Shown here: one piece after another, positions 19,736 through 28,740 of the stretch | Layout of the letters: every line of letters starts with the position of its first letter | Numbering within the stretch: position 1 is the first letter of the stretch | Assembly (NCBI GenBank): GCA_963730935.1 | Contig: CAVSTP010000004.1 | Location: forward strand, 896,001 to 960,000 | Direction: 5' to 3' | Source: an uncultured Nitrospiraceae bacterium | Lineage (GTDB): Bacteria; Nitrospirota; Nitrospiria; Nitrospirales; Nitrospiraceae | Length of the DNA stretch: 64,000 nucleotides | Program-made: the position numbers and the translations under genes | Notes under the pieces: generated by a model | The model's database searches: none | Told to the model about the DNA's origin: nothing | The model's input: only the letters and a program-made list of their open reading frames with translations

Positions 19736-20353
19736 GTGAGACCCGTCCATGTAGCTGCCCGGTTGCTCTGCCTCTTCTCCGCTCTGCTCTTTCTGCAAGG
19801 CTGTCCTGCCAAACCGCCTCCAGGCGGCCGCTTTCCTATCACGAACGGTTCCCATACCATCCTGCCAACCACCGAACATCACATCCTGATCTGGGCAGAT
19901 CCTCCCCTGACGGAGATGGCGGTCGAATGGCTGCGGACTCATCACTACGCGAATATCCAACTACCCGAGAAGGCTCCGGTGCGGGCGCCTCAGATCTCTC
20001 ACGATTTCTCAACCCGCAAAGCGGCGCTCGCTGTCGCACAGGAGATGAAAGCGGAGGTCGTGCTCTTTCTTGAACGGGAAGCAACAAAGGATGGGGCACT
20101 GATCGAGCCCCACTGCGGGGCTCTCTACCATGTGAATGTCAAGCTGCAAGGCCTATCGGTGGAGAGTGGAAACACCGCACTTCGAGGCAGCGCCCATTAC
20201 CCACATTGCGTCGATCTCAGCGACACAACGACCCGGAGTCTTACCTGCCAGGCCTTTGCCACAGCCTGGGGCTTCCGGCCGTCAGGTCAACTCGAAATTC
20301 CGTCGAATTTGATGTGCACCACTGGGCAGACGGCTCCGACACCGAACCGCTAG
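19736..20353 (+). CDS. Hypothetical lipoprotein
   Basis: Lipobox LQGC after a GTG start; several Cys. Confidence 0.65.
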   Translation: MRPVHVAARLLCLFSALLFLQGCPAKPPPGGRFPITNGSHTILPTTEHHILIWADPPLTEMAVEWLRTHHYANIQLPEKAPVRAPQISHDFSTRKAALAVAQEMKAEVVLFLEREATKDGALIEPHCGALYHVNVKLQGLSVESGNTALRGSAHYPHCVDLSDTTTRSLTCQAFATAWGFRPSGQLEIPSNLMCTTGQTAPTPNR

Positions 20354-20428
20354 CTGGCTGAAATCTCCTTCCAACCCGCGTGTCGATCTCACTAGGGAGA
20401 CAGCCTCTAAGTTGGCAGAACTGACCCC

Positions 20429-21022
20429 TTACGGTTTTTTTACGGGAAAGCTGATCACCAGCCCTCCCATGACGTCGCCGACCTTGAAATCCTTCTTCGG
20501 GCTGCTCGGATGGGCGTTGTGGCATTCGACGCACGCCGCTGTGACGGCAACATCGGCATAGACCGCTTCGAATATCTGTTCTGCGCTGCCTTCGACGGTG
20601 CTGGAATAGGGTCTGGTGGGCCGCGCCTGAACTTCCTTCAGCCCGCGCCGCTCGAATTCAGTGGTCGCTGCATTGGCCTTGTTGATCGGCCACTGACTGA
20701 TCAACCGATAGCGGACGTTTGGACCCGTCAGTTCCGCGATTTCGCTTGTTTCCTGCACGAGCTGTACCGGCAGCGGCAAGGAATGATCGGTCTTCCAGTT
20801 TTCCGACACATCGACAATGCGCTCTTGCCGAAGTCGGTTGGCAATGTGGATGGTGTAAAAATGCCGATGAGCCATGATGACGGCACGCAAATAGTCGGCA
20901 ACAGTCTCAGCCGGAACTCCCACAGAAGAGCCGGATTTCTTGTCGATGGCGAATATGTTCGGGGCAACCAGCACGGCGATGGTGGCAATGCCGGCGATCC
21001 AGGTCACAGCTTTCCTGGTCAT
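20429..21022 (-). CDS. DUF3365/Tll0287-like c-type heme protein
   Basis: Signal peptide; CVECH; C-terminal GDVMGGLVISFP. Confidence 0.85.
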   Translation of the reverse strand: MTRKAVTWIAGIATIAVLVAPNIFAIDKKSGSSVGVPAETVADYLRAVIMAHRHFYTIHIANRLRQERIVDVSENWKTDHSLPLPVQLVQETSEIAELTGPNVRYRLISQWPINKANAATTEFERRGLKEVQARPTRPYSSTVEGSAEQIFEAVYADVAVTAACVECHNAHPSSPKKDFKVGDVMGGLVISFPVKKP

Positions 21023-21858
21023 GATACCCTCTCTTTCCTTTCCGTGGGGGTTGGATCCACCGGCAACGGGGTGGAGTCAAATCCGTATTTCGCCAACAGC
21101 TTCTGTATGCGAGGCGTCATCAGAAAATCGGAAAATTTTTCCGCGACCAGGCGCAATGAGGCTCGGCACGTGGAGGACACGGCTTGTCCAAACTGAATCG
21201 GCACGAACGTTCCGATGGGGTCTTCGTCGCTGATGCGCACATGCCCGGTGTTGATCGAGTCCACGCGATAGACCAGACCCACATCGGCTTTACCTGTGCG
21301 AATGAGATTCATAATGTCGTCACTGTGGGACGCGTACAGAATGTTGGGACGGCTTTTATAGGCCGGGGAGAGTTTTGCGAGCACCCGTGCTGTGACGTCT
21401 CCCAGTGAAGACGTCTGAGGATCCCCAAGGGCAATGCGTATGGACCGGTTCGCCAACGCATCATGAAGAGACATCAACGCTGCCGGCGAGTCCGACGACA
21501 TCACGAGCACCAGGGACGTCTGCGCGAAGATGCGAGGATGCCCGTTGAGCGTCAGTCCCTTCTTGTGCAGATACTCGACTTCTTCGATCCCTGCCGAGAG
21601 AAACATATCGATCGGAGCTTTCTTTTCGATTTGCCGAAGAAGTGTTTTCGACGGGGTGTAGACGATATTGACCGGCGCATCATATTCCCGTTCGAACATG
21701 GGCAGGATTTCGCTGAACGCCGGCCGTAAACTGGGAGGCGCCCCCACGGTCAAAAACTCAGCCTGTACCGGCTCCCATGTCCCGAGGAGGCCGAGCAATC
21801 CCACGAGAGTGGCGGTGACGAGCCTCGACGTTCGAATACCCACACTGAACCTCCCCAC
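21019..21858 (-). CDS. modA: ModA-like ABC substrate-binding protein
   Basis: QIEKKAPIDMFLSA; IALGDP; ADVGLVY; LLAKYGF. Confidence 0.75.
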   Translation of the reverse strand: MGRFSVGIRTSRLVTATLVGLLGLLGTWEPVQAEFLTVGAPPSLRPAFSEILPMFEREYDAPVNIVYTPSKTLLRQIEKKAPIDMFLSAGIEEVEYLHKKGLTLNGHPRIFAQTSLVLVMSSDSPAALMSLHDALANRSIRIALGDPQTSSLGDVTARVLAKLSPAYKSRPNILYASHSDDIMNLIRTGKADVGLVYRVDSINTGHVRISDEDPIGTFVPIQFGQAVSSTCRASLRLVAEKFSDFLMTPRIQKLLAKYGFDSTPLPVDPTPTERKERVS

Positions 21859-21987
21859 GTCCGCTTGATGCGAAGTGCAAGCCCCTACGGCTCTTGCCTG
21901 ATACAGAGAGATTACAGGAAGGGTTCGCAGCCTTCAATGCCAGAAGTGGAGCAGCCGCCTTGGGAAGTGGATGTGGCGTGAACCGGA

Positions 21988-22542
21988 CTAGAGACAATAG
22001 TCATCGCCTGTGTGACTCATGACTTTCCTGCTCACAGGTAGGGGCCTAGCCATCGTCACCTCCCCTCGCGCGCCTTCTAGATCGAGTAATCTCGCTTTGA
22101 TCTCCAGTCCTCCGGCAAACCCCGTCAGCTTTCCTGACGCGCCGATCACGCGATGGCACGGAACAATGATGGACAAAGGGTTCTTGCTATTGGCCAGGCC
22201 CACCGCTCGTGACGCCGAGCTATTGCCTATCGCGAGTGCTAGTTGACCGTAACTTCGAGTCTGGCCATATGGAATACGCAGAAGCTGTTGCCAGACTCTT
22301 TTCTGAAAGGCCGTTCCTTGGAACCGAAGCGGCAGGTCAAACGTCGTCCTCTCGCCCTTGAAATACTCCGCTAGTTGACGTTCCGCCTCAGCGAGGACGG
22401 GATGAGGGAGATCTTCATGCATCTCGTCAAGCTTGATACGAAGCGGCCGGTCGTTCGGCCAGAGCACCGCGATGAGCCCCCGTCCGTCTGCCACCAGCTT
22501 GAGTCTGCCAATTGGGGAGGCCATGTGTTTGTAGGCCAGCAT
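21988..22542 (-). CDS. ogt: Methylated-DNA-protein-cysteine S-methyltransferase
   Basis: GTAFQ; IPYGQTRSY; PCHRV active site. Confidence 0.93.
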   Translation of the reverse strand: MLAYKHMASPIGRLKLVADGRGLIAVLWPNDRPLRIKLDEMHEDLPHPVLAEAERQLAEYFKGERTTFDLPLRFQGTAFQKRVWQQLLRIPYGQTRSYGQLALAIGNSSASRAVGLANSKNPLSIIVPCHRVIGASGKLTGFAGGLEIKARLLDLEGARGEVTMARPLPVSRKVMSHTGDDYCL

Positions 22543-23992
22543 GCCGAGTCTTCCTTTCTTGATGTGAGTCGTGCCTGTACTCATTCCACAGATACATTGC
22601 CAGATAGCCACGCCATGGTCTGGCCGCGTCCGGATCGAAATCCGGCTTGGCTTCGACGAAACGTTGCAAGACCAGATCCGTCGCTGGGAACGCGTCCGTG
22701 TCGCCCAAGGCTCTAAGCGCCATGTATTCGGCGCTCCATGCCCCAATGCCCTTCACGGTTTGAACAGCGCGTTTGAAGTCATCCAGATCCTGAGCAGGTT
22801 CAAGCTGAATGGACCCTTCAGCCACACGCGAAGAGAACTCGCGAATCGCCGCTCGTTTCTGGCGCGTGACCTCCAGCCCCTGTAGATTTGACTCTGCCAG
22901 GGTGCGTGGAGTGGGAAAAACGCGCACAGGCTCGCCGGATACGGGATGCACGATGTGCTCACCATACGTCGCCACGAGTTGCCCCATAAGGCGTGAGGCA
23001 TGCGTCACGGAAATCACTTGGCCGATGATCGTGCCAATCGCGGTTTCAAACGGATCAAATCCTCGAGCCAGTCTGGCCCCAGGATATTTCCCTTGAAGCG
23101 AGCTGAGGAATGGCGACCGAGCGAACGCCTGTGCGATGAGGAGGGGGTCTGAGTCCAAATCGAACATGTGCCTGATGCGCTGTACGGCGCGCAAGAGGTG
23201 CCTGGTATCGGAGATGTTCATCTCGAGGAACAGCTCAGGCTTGTGGGCATGGGCCCTTGCCCGAAAAAAGCCTGTCGTGTCGGTGCCTCCCAGCGTGAAC
23301 ACTCGGGAGTAGGTATCGGTCTCGATCGTTTCGACGCCGGCAATGTGGTGCCGCCGATAGTAATCAAGTACCCCATCCCAAGCGATTGGAGGTCGATACG
23401 GCAGAGACACTTGAATCATCTGTGTAGCCTGAGCGGCTTTGTGCAACGATCGGAGCGCTGACGGCGGACGATCGAACCGTCTTTTAACTGCGTCGTTGAA
23501 TCGACGGAGCGAACGGAACCCCGCAGAAAAGGCGATCTCCGTCATGGGAAGATGCGTTTCCATGATCAGCTTCCTGGCAAAATTGAGCCTGGCGTTGTCA
23601 TGAAGCTGCTTTGGCGTCTGTCCAAATTCTTGTTCGAACAACCGTCGTAAATGTCGTGCCGTCATTCCCAGCCGCTCGGCGAACGCGTCCTCGGTTTGCT
23701 GTTCAAGGGCTCTCTGTGCAATGAGTTTGAGTGCCCGCTCGATAGAGGCGTGCTTGCCGTTCCAGGCAGGAGATCCGGGGGCAGCCTCCGGACGGCACCG
23801 CAAGCACGGTCGATACCCGGCCTTCTCCGCTGCCTGCGCCGTCTTGAAGAACTCGACATTCTCACGCTTGGGACGAGCGGGGCAGATTGGACGACAGTAC
23901 ACACCCGTCGTTTTTACGGCAACGAAGAACCTGCCGTCAAAGCGGGGATCTCTTGCCAACACAGCTTGATAACAGGTCTCGTGACTGGTCAT
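22427..23992 (-). CDS. alkA: Ada metal-binding/AraC plus AlkA DNA-3-methyladenine glycosylase fusion
   Basis: TGVYCRPIC, RPCLRC, AraC HTH, GIGAWSAEY, DAFPATD, PWRGY. Confidence 0.92.
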   Translation of the reverse strand: MTSHETCYQAVLARDPRFDGRFFVAVKTTGVYCRPICPARPKRENVEFFKTAQAAEKAGYRPCLRCRPEAAPGSPAWNGKHASIERALKLIAQRALEQQTEDAFAERLGMTARHLRRLFEQEFGQTPKQLHDNARLNFARKLIMETHLPMTEIAFSAGFRSLRRFNDAVKRRFDRPPSALRSLHKAAQATQMIQVSLPYRPPIAWDGVLDYYRRHHIAGVETIETDTYSRVFTLGGTDTTGFFRARAHAHKPELFLEMNISDTRHLLRAVQRIRHMFDLDSDPLLIAQAFARSPFLSSLQGKYPGARLARGFDPFETAIGTIIGQVISVTHASRLMGQLVATYGEHIVHPVSGEPVRVFPTPRTLAESNLQGLEVTRQKRAAIREFSSRVAEGSIQLEPAQDLDDFKRAVQTVKGIGAWSAEYMALRALGDTDAFPATDLVLQRFVEAKPDFDPDAARPWRGYLAMYLWNEYRHDSHQERKTRHAGLQTHGLPNWQTQAGGRRTGAHRGALAERPAASYQA

Positions 23993-24114
23993 CGGTTTCT
24001 CATCGACGATACTCTCTACTGTAAAAGATGCGATGGCCGAACACTCGCCGGATTCGGACCTGAAGTCCTGCAGCGAGAAGAGCATACGCGGTACGACTGA
24101 TCAAATCGAGATGC

Positions 24115-24148
24115 CATAGACCGGGAAGGGCCAAACACGTAGAATGCG
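24115..24148 (+). promoter_or_regulatory. Sigma70-like promoter, repeated module copy 3
   Basis: TAGACC (24117-24122), 17 bp, TAGAAT (24140-24145), GCG. Confidence 0.65.
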
Positions 24149-24183
24149 CCCACCCGCTTTTCACCTGACACCAAGGACAGGTT

Positions 24184-24717
24184 ATGACGGATTATGGCAG
24201 GGTGCCGCGATGGGCCGTGTGTCTGACATTGGTCGCCACGATGATGGTTGCACTCTGGGGATGTGCCGCTGTGCCGCGGCGGTATACTTGGATGGCTGAG
24301 CCTGGAGTCACGCTCACCATGCTGAGCACGAATCCGCAACCGTATGTAGGAAAGGTCGTGCTCTTGGGAGGCACGATCCTGGAAGAGGAAGAACACGATA
24401 CAGTCCTGATGCTCCGTCTGAAGAATCGTCCCCTGGACCAGGATTACAAGCCTCACCGTCCCGCCGACTCGGGCAGTCCTGAAGCCGGGTCGTACTGGGT
24501 CATGGTGTCGAAGAAGCAGGTCCCGCCAAAATTTCGAAACTGGGCGCGTGCGACAGTCGTCGGTCGGGTCACAGGTGCACAGCGATACCAGACTGAGCCA
24601 GTGCTCACGCTCATCTACATGCGAGGTTGGGGAGCGAGCGGCGATCATGCAGGCATCTGGGAGAATGTCGATCCGAATTATGTGCCGTCCGTTCCAGGCA
24701 GCATCGACGTAAACTAA
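24184..24717 (+). CDS. Slp-family outer membrane lipoprotein
   Basis: Lipobox LWGC; YVGKVVLLGGTI; RPLD; TVVGRVTG. Confidence 0.8.
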   Translation: MTDYGRVPRWAVCLTLVATMMVALWGCAAVPRRYTWMAEPGVTLTMLSTNPQPYVGKVVLLGGTILEEEEHDTVLMLRLKNRPLDQDYKPHRPADSGSPEAGSYWVMVSKKQVPPKFRNWARATVVGRVTGAQRYQTEPVLTLIYMRGWGASGDHAGIWENVDPNYVPSVPGSIDVN

Positions 24718-25031
24718 ACCATTGGCCGATAAAAGCCACATTGGAGCCCATGGGACCCTACAAGAACGTCCGTCATTCCTCCTACGCAGTCCTCCGGATT
24801 CCCAAGCTCGTTTGAATCGATTATTCTCCGCCGAGAATGTTTTCACCATTAATGTGTTCAATGAAGTCCATCTCTGTATGCATTTCGCTTCGATCCATTT
24901 ATGTCTGCTGAATTCAGCAGTTTCTGCGAAACACGTTCCCTCTATGCACTCTCGCTGCTACAATGTCCGTGAGTCGAATGGGTCCAGCAGTGTGGTCACT
25001 CATGGTTCTCGCATGTATTCCGTGATGACTT

Positions 25032-25048
25032 CCGGCATTAACTTTGCT
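25032..25048 (+). promoter_or_regulatory. Putative sigma54 promoter
   Basis: CCGGCATTAACTTTGCT: GG-N10-GC spacing. Confidence 0.55.
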
Positions 25049-25062
25049 CGTTCACTCTCGTT

Positions 25063-25437
25063 ATGAAAGTCGTTTGTGCCTGGTGTGAGACTGAAGGGAA
25101 GGAGACGCTGATCGGTGAGATCGGCCTCTACGACATCGAAATCACCTCTCACGGAATTTGTATCGACCATGAGAAGGTCTTATTGAACCAAATTAAAGAC
25201 CTTAGGCTGAAACAGAATCCAAGACTGCGAAGGCCGAGACGTCCGCGCATACAGTCCAGATCGCCGGGTTCACCGACGGTACCGAACTGCACGACACCTT
25301 GGCGGCGGCGGCGTACGCATCGTATGACTGCCGCACAGTTGAGCCTCCCGTTCGGTGACGGTGAGGTTCAGGTCGATGTCGTCGATCAGGAGTTTGGGGT
25401 GCTCCAGCCTGAAGCGATGTCGAACGAGGCTACGTAG
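25063..25437 (+). CDS. Small putative Zn-binding protein
   Basis: VVCAWC...SHGICxxH; Arg-rich tail. Confidence 0.7.
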   Translation: MKVVCAWCETEGKETLIGEIGLYDIEITSHGICIDHEKVLLNQIKDLRLKQNPRLRRPRRPRIQSRSPGSPTVPNCTTPWRRRRTHRMTAAQLSLPFGDGEVQVDVVDQEFGVLQPEAMSNEAT

Positions 25438-25520
25438 GATTCTTAAACCGAGGGAACTCCCCAGCTTCGCGAATCTCCAAGACGGCTTACGATAATGATT
25501 CACTGTCGTAAGGTGCGTCA

Positions 25521-25745
25521 ATGACTCTCGCGACTCCTCCCCCAGATCAGGCCGGATTCTACTGGTTCCGCTACGACAACCTGTCCTCGCACGTGCACTT
25601 CAAGGTATTGCTCGAAGTCATCCAGATGCAGCCCAAGGCCACCGAGATCGGCGGAAAATTCGTCGTCCGGTGGTTTAATCAGCTCGTCCCGTTGGAGCAA
25701 GTGCCGGAAGGCCTGTGGGGCGGACCAGTCCGGGACCTGAGATAA
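25521..25745 (+). CDS. Small hypothetical protein, PxxxGxYW...WxGP family
   Basis: PDQAGFYWFR...GLWGGPV. Confidence 0.65.
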   Translation: MTLATPPPDQAGFYWFRYDNLSSHVHFKVLLEVIQMQPKATEIGGKFVVRWFNQLVPLEQVPEGLWGGPVRDLR

Positions 25746-25808
25746 ACGCGCGCTTCGCCGAGCCTTCATCTCACCCAGACGAAGGTCCAGTTTTATGCTT
25801 GTGAAATG

Positions 25809-25841
25809 AAGCCGCAGCCCGAAGGGTCAGAGCTGCGGCTT
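25809..25841. terminator. Hairpin between convergent genes
   Basis: AAGCCGCAGC...GCTGCGGCTT, 10-bp perfect arms. Confidence 0.65.
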
Positions 25842-25848
25842 GTGTTGT

Positions 25849-26925
25849 TCACTGCGGAAACGCTTTTGGCGCCTTGGCCTGTTGCCAGCCTTCGCCGTTC
25901 AACGAGCGAAGGAATGCCACCAGGTCCCCTTCCTCCTGTTCGGTGAGCTCCAACGGAATGATCGTGTTATCCAGATAGGGATTCTTGATCCCGCCTCCAT
26001 TGTAGAAGTCCACAACCTCCGCCAGCGTTTTGAACCGGCCATCATGCATATAAGGGGGGGTTCGTGCAATCTCCCGCAGCGTCGGCGTCTTGAAGGCACC
26101 GACATCTTCCGGATTCTTGGTCACCATATAGCGGCCCAGGTCCACGGTATTCGTATCCCACCCGATGCCGAGATTATGAAACTTCTCATCGGAGAAGTTG
26201 AAATTGGAATGGCATCGCGTGCAGCGCGCCTTGCCGCGGAACAACTCGAGTCCTCGTTTCGCCTCCTCGGACAAGGCCTTTTCGTCGCCGCCGTAGTCAA
26301 AACGGTCGGCCGGACTGTTCCCGGAAAGAATCGTCCGCTGGAAGCTGGCAATCGCCTTCCCCACATCTTCGACCACGATGTCTCGTCCAAACACGTCGTT
26401 GAACATCGCGCGGTAGCCGGCAATCTTTCGCATCTTCGTCACCATCTCCTCATGGTTGAGGAACCCGTGCTCGACTGGGCTCACGAACGGCCCGATTGAT
26501 TGGTCTTCGAGCGTCGCGGCGCGGCCGTCCCAAAAGTGCGACTGTCCATACACCCGGTTCACCGAAATGGGTGCGCTTCGCGTACCTTTCAGCTTGTCGA
26601 CGCCGATTGAGACCGCCTTTCCGTCCGCAAAGCCTTTGTCGGGCAGGTGACAACTCGCGCAGGCCACCGTGTTCTTTTTCGAGAGCCGCTTATCGAAAAA
26701 CAACTGGCGTCCCAGTTCCACTTTTTTTGCCGTGAGGGGATTGTTCGCCGGCACATAGGCGTTCGCATCCTCCAGCCCTAGAAGCTCCGGAAGCCGGTAC
26801 GGTTGCATGCCGGTTGTCGCTTCAGACTTGCCGCCCAAGGCGGCCTGGCTCAAGATGCCCAGCACCAATACCGTGACCGGCACAACGGCAAGGGTCACAG
26901 GCTTCGATTGTTTCCTCTTGTTCAT
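25849..26925 (-). CDS. Di-heme cytochrome c peroxidase family protein
   Basis: CASCH and CTRCH; FWDGRA; FKTPTLR; PYMHDG. Confidence 0.92.
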   Translation of the reverse strand: MNKRKQSKPVTLAVVPVTVLVLGILSQAALGGKSEATTGMQPYRLPELLGLEDANAYVPANNPLTAKKVELGRQLFFDKRLSKKNTVACASCHLPDKGFADGKAVSIGVDKLKGTRSAPISVNRVYGQSHFWDGRAATLEDQSIGPFVSPVEHGFLNHEEMVTKMRKIAGYRAMFNDVFGRDIVVEDVGKAIASFQRTILSGNSPADRFDYGGDEKALSEEAKRGLELFRGKARCTRCHSNFNFSDEKFHNLGIGWDTNTVDLGRYMVTKNPEDVGAFKTPTLREIARTPPYMHDGRFKTLAEVVDFYNGGGIKNPYLDNTIIPLELTEQEEGDLVAFLRSLNGEGWQQAKAPKAFPQ

Positions 26926-27021
26926 CTCGGGTTCCTCCTTTCGTCATGAGATCCTGCTGTTTGAAAGGCAAGATACTGACTCCCATCGTAATAAATCCAA
27001 TTGATAATGTATGATAGATCA

Positions 27022-27036
27022 ATAAACATATCTTAT
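27022..27036. promoter_or_regulatory. LysR/OxyR-type box in the ccp-oxyR intergenic region
   Basis: ATAA-N7-TTAT (T-N11-A) in an AT-rich spacer. Confidence 0.5.
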
Positions 27037-27045
27037 CGGATACCC

Positions 27046-27963
27046 ATGACCCTGACCGAACTGCAATACATTGTCGCCTTGGCCCAGGAACGGCACTTCA
27101 AACGGGCGGCCGATCGCGTGTTTGTCACGCAGCCGGCGCTGAGCCTGGCCGTCAAGAAATTGGAACAGGAGTTGGGGATGGCGATCTTCGAACGGAGAAG
27201 TCCTCACATCACCCTGACGCCGCTCGGAGAGCAGATTGTGCAGCAGGCACAGCATGTACTGGAAGGCGCCGCGCAGATCAAGGCGATCGCGTCACAGGGC
27301 GAGAATCAACTGCGGGGTTTGCTGCGGCTGGGCGTCATTGCGACGGTCGGACCCTACCTGTTGCCTTCACTCATTCCGCTTCTCCACAAACGCGCGCCGG
27401 AAATGCCGCTGGAAATCGAAGAGAACCTCACAGCACCACTCAGCCTCATGCTGAAAAATGGGCAGTTGGATGCCGTGATTTTGGCTTTGCCGTTCGAGGA
27501 GCCAGGCGTGGTCACCAAGGCACTCTACCGCGAACCGTTCAAAGTTGTTGTTCCGGTCACTCATGCGTGGGCGAAGAGGAAGACACCTCTGGAAGCCTGC
27601 CAACTCAGAAGCGAGAACGTCCTCCTGCCGGCCGCGGGCCACTGCTTCCGGCGACAGGTCCTCGAGTCATGCCCTGAAGTCAGCCGGGCGGAACGCGAGG
27701 GAACCCAAGGTAATTCACTCGAAACTCTCAGGCAGATGGTCGCGAGCGGTCTCGGGATCACGGTATTACCCTGCAGTGCCCTGACGCCGAAGCATCAAAA
27801 CAAACGGCTGGTGTCGCTCCGATTTGCCGAACCAGTCCCCGAGCGGACGGTCGGCCTGGCGTGGCGCAAAGGCTTCTCACGGCCACGTGCCCTTCAGGCG
27901 TTGATCGAAGCGGTGTACAAGGTCAAGATTGCGGATGTCGAGATGTGTGAAACGAGGACGTGA
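27046..27963 (+). CDS. oxyR: LysR-family hydrogen peroxide sensor OxyR
   Basis: LysR HTH (VTQPALS); GHCFRRQVLESC carries both redox Cys. Confidence 0.85.
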   Translation: MTLTELQYIVALAQERHFKRAADRVFVTQPALSLAVKKLEQELGMAIFERRSPHITLTPLGEQIVQQAQHVLEGAAQIKAIASQGENQLRGLLRLGVIATVGPYLLPSLIPLLHKRAPEMPLEIEENLTAPLSLMLKNGQLDAVILALPFEEPGVVTKALYREPFKVVVPVTHAWAKRKTPLEACQLRSENVLLPAAGHCFRRQVLESCPEVSRAEREGTQGNSLETLRQMVASGLGITVLPCSALTPKHQNKRLVSLRFAEPVPERTVGLAWRKGFSRPRALQALIEAVYKVKIADVEMCETRT

Positions 27964-27981
27964 CCTGCGTGGCTGTGGATC

Positions 27982-28683
27982 CTAACTAAGAGCATCCGCC
28001 CACGTAGCCACCGTGCGCGCTACTTCAGCAAGGACATCGACGTCGGTTTTTCCAAACCGCTTCAGCACATGGAAGGAGTGGTCCCCGCCGTCGACCACAT
28101 GCAAGGTGGAAAGAGGCACGAGTGTGTCGCAGAGCGGACGCAAGAGGACGAGATCGGCTAGCGTATCACGCGTGCCCTGGAGAAAAAGCATCGGGATCCG
28201 CACTCGAGCCAAATGCTCGGCACGCTGCGTCCCGGGACGGCCTGCCGGATGCAAGGGGAACCCAAAGAACACGAGCCCGCGCACGGAAGCAATCCCCGGA
28301 CTCGGGGCAGATCGCTCGTCGGCAACCGCCAGCGAAGTCATGCGCCCGCCGAGCGACTTGCCTCCCGCCAAGAGCGGCAAGCCGGGCGCCGTTTCGGATG
28401 CCGCCGCGACGGCCGCCCGTACTGTCGCAGTGAGCACCGCCGGAGGATCGGGTCTTTTTCGTTGCTGCTGCATATAGGGAAAGTGATACCGCAGCGTCGC
28501 CACGCCGCAGCCGGCAAGTTGGGCGGCCAGACGTTCCATGAAGGGGTGATGCATCCCCGCCCCTGCGCCGTGCGCAAACACCAACAGCCAGTTGGCATCG
28601 TCCGGACGGAGCAGCAACGCCTCGACATCGCCCACCGAGTCCGACACCCGCACGGTCAATGACGTCGTCGTGTGTGTGGACAT
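27982..28683 (-). CDS. Alpha/beta hydrolase (KANL3/Tex30-like)
   Basis: AHGAGAG; GGKSLGGR; GFPLHP; QGTRD; GDHSF. Confidence 0.88.
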   Translation of the reverse strand: MSTHTTTSLTVRVSDSVGDVEALLLRPDDANWLLVFAHGAGAGMHHPFMERLAAQLAGCGVATLRYHFPYMQQQRKRPDPPAVLTATVRAAVAAASETAPGLPLLAGGKSLGGRMTSLAVADERSAPSPGIASVRGLVFFGFPLHPAGRPGTQRAEHLARVRIPMLFLQGTRDTLADLVLLRPLCDTLVPLSTLHVVDGGDHSFHVLKRFGKTDVDVLAEVARTVATWADALS

Positions 28684-28740
28684 CACCGGCCTTGACGATC
28701 ATCAACAACGAAGCCGTGGGAGGGATCAGGAACCATCATG

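Noticed and set aside
22427..22542. 116-bp alkA/ogt overlap as programmed recoding
   Set aside because: AlkA similarity ends before the overlap; the tail looks like simple stop-codon drift and I saw no slippery site
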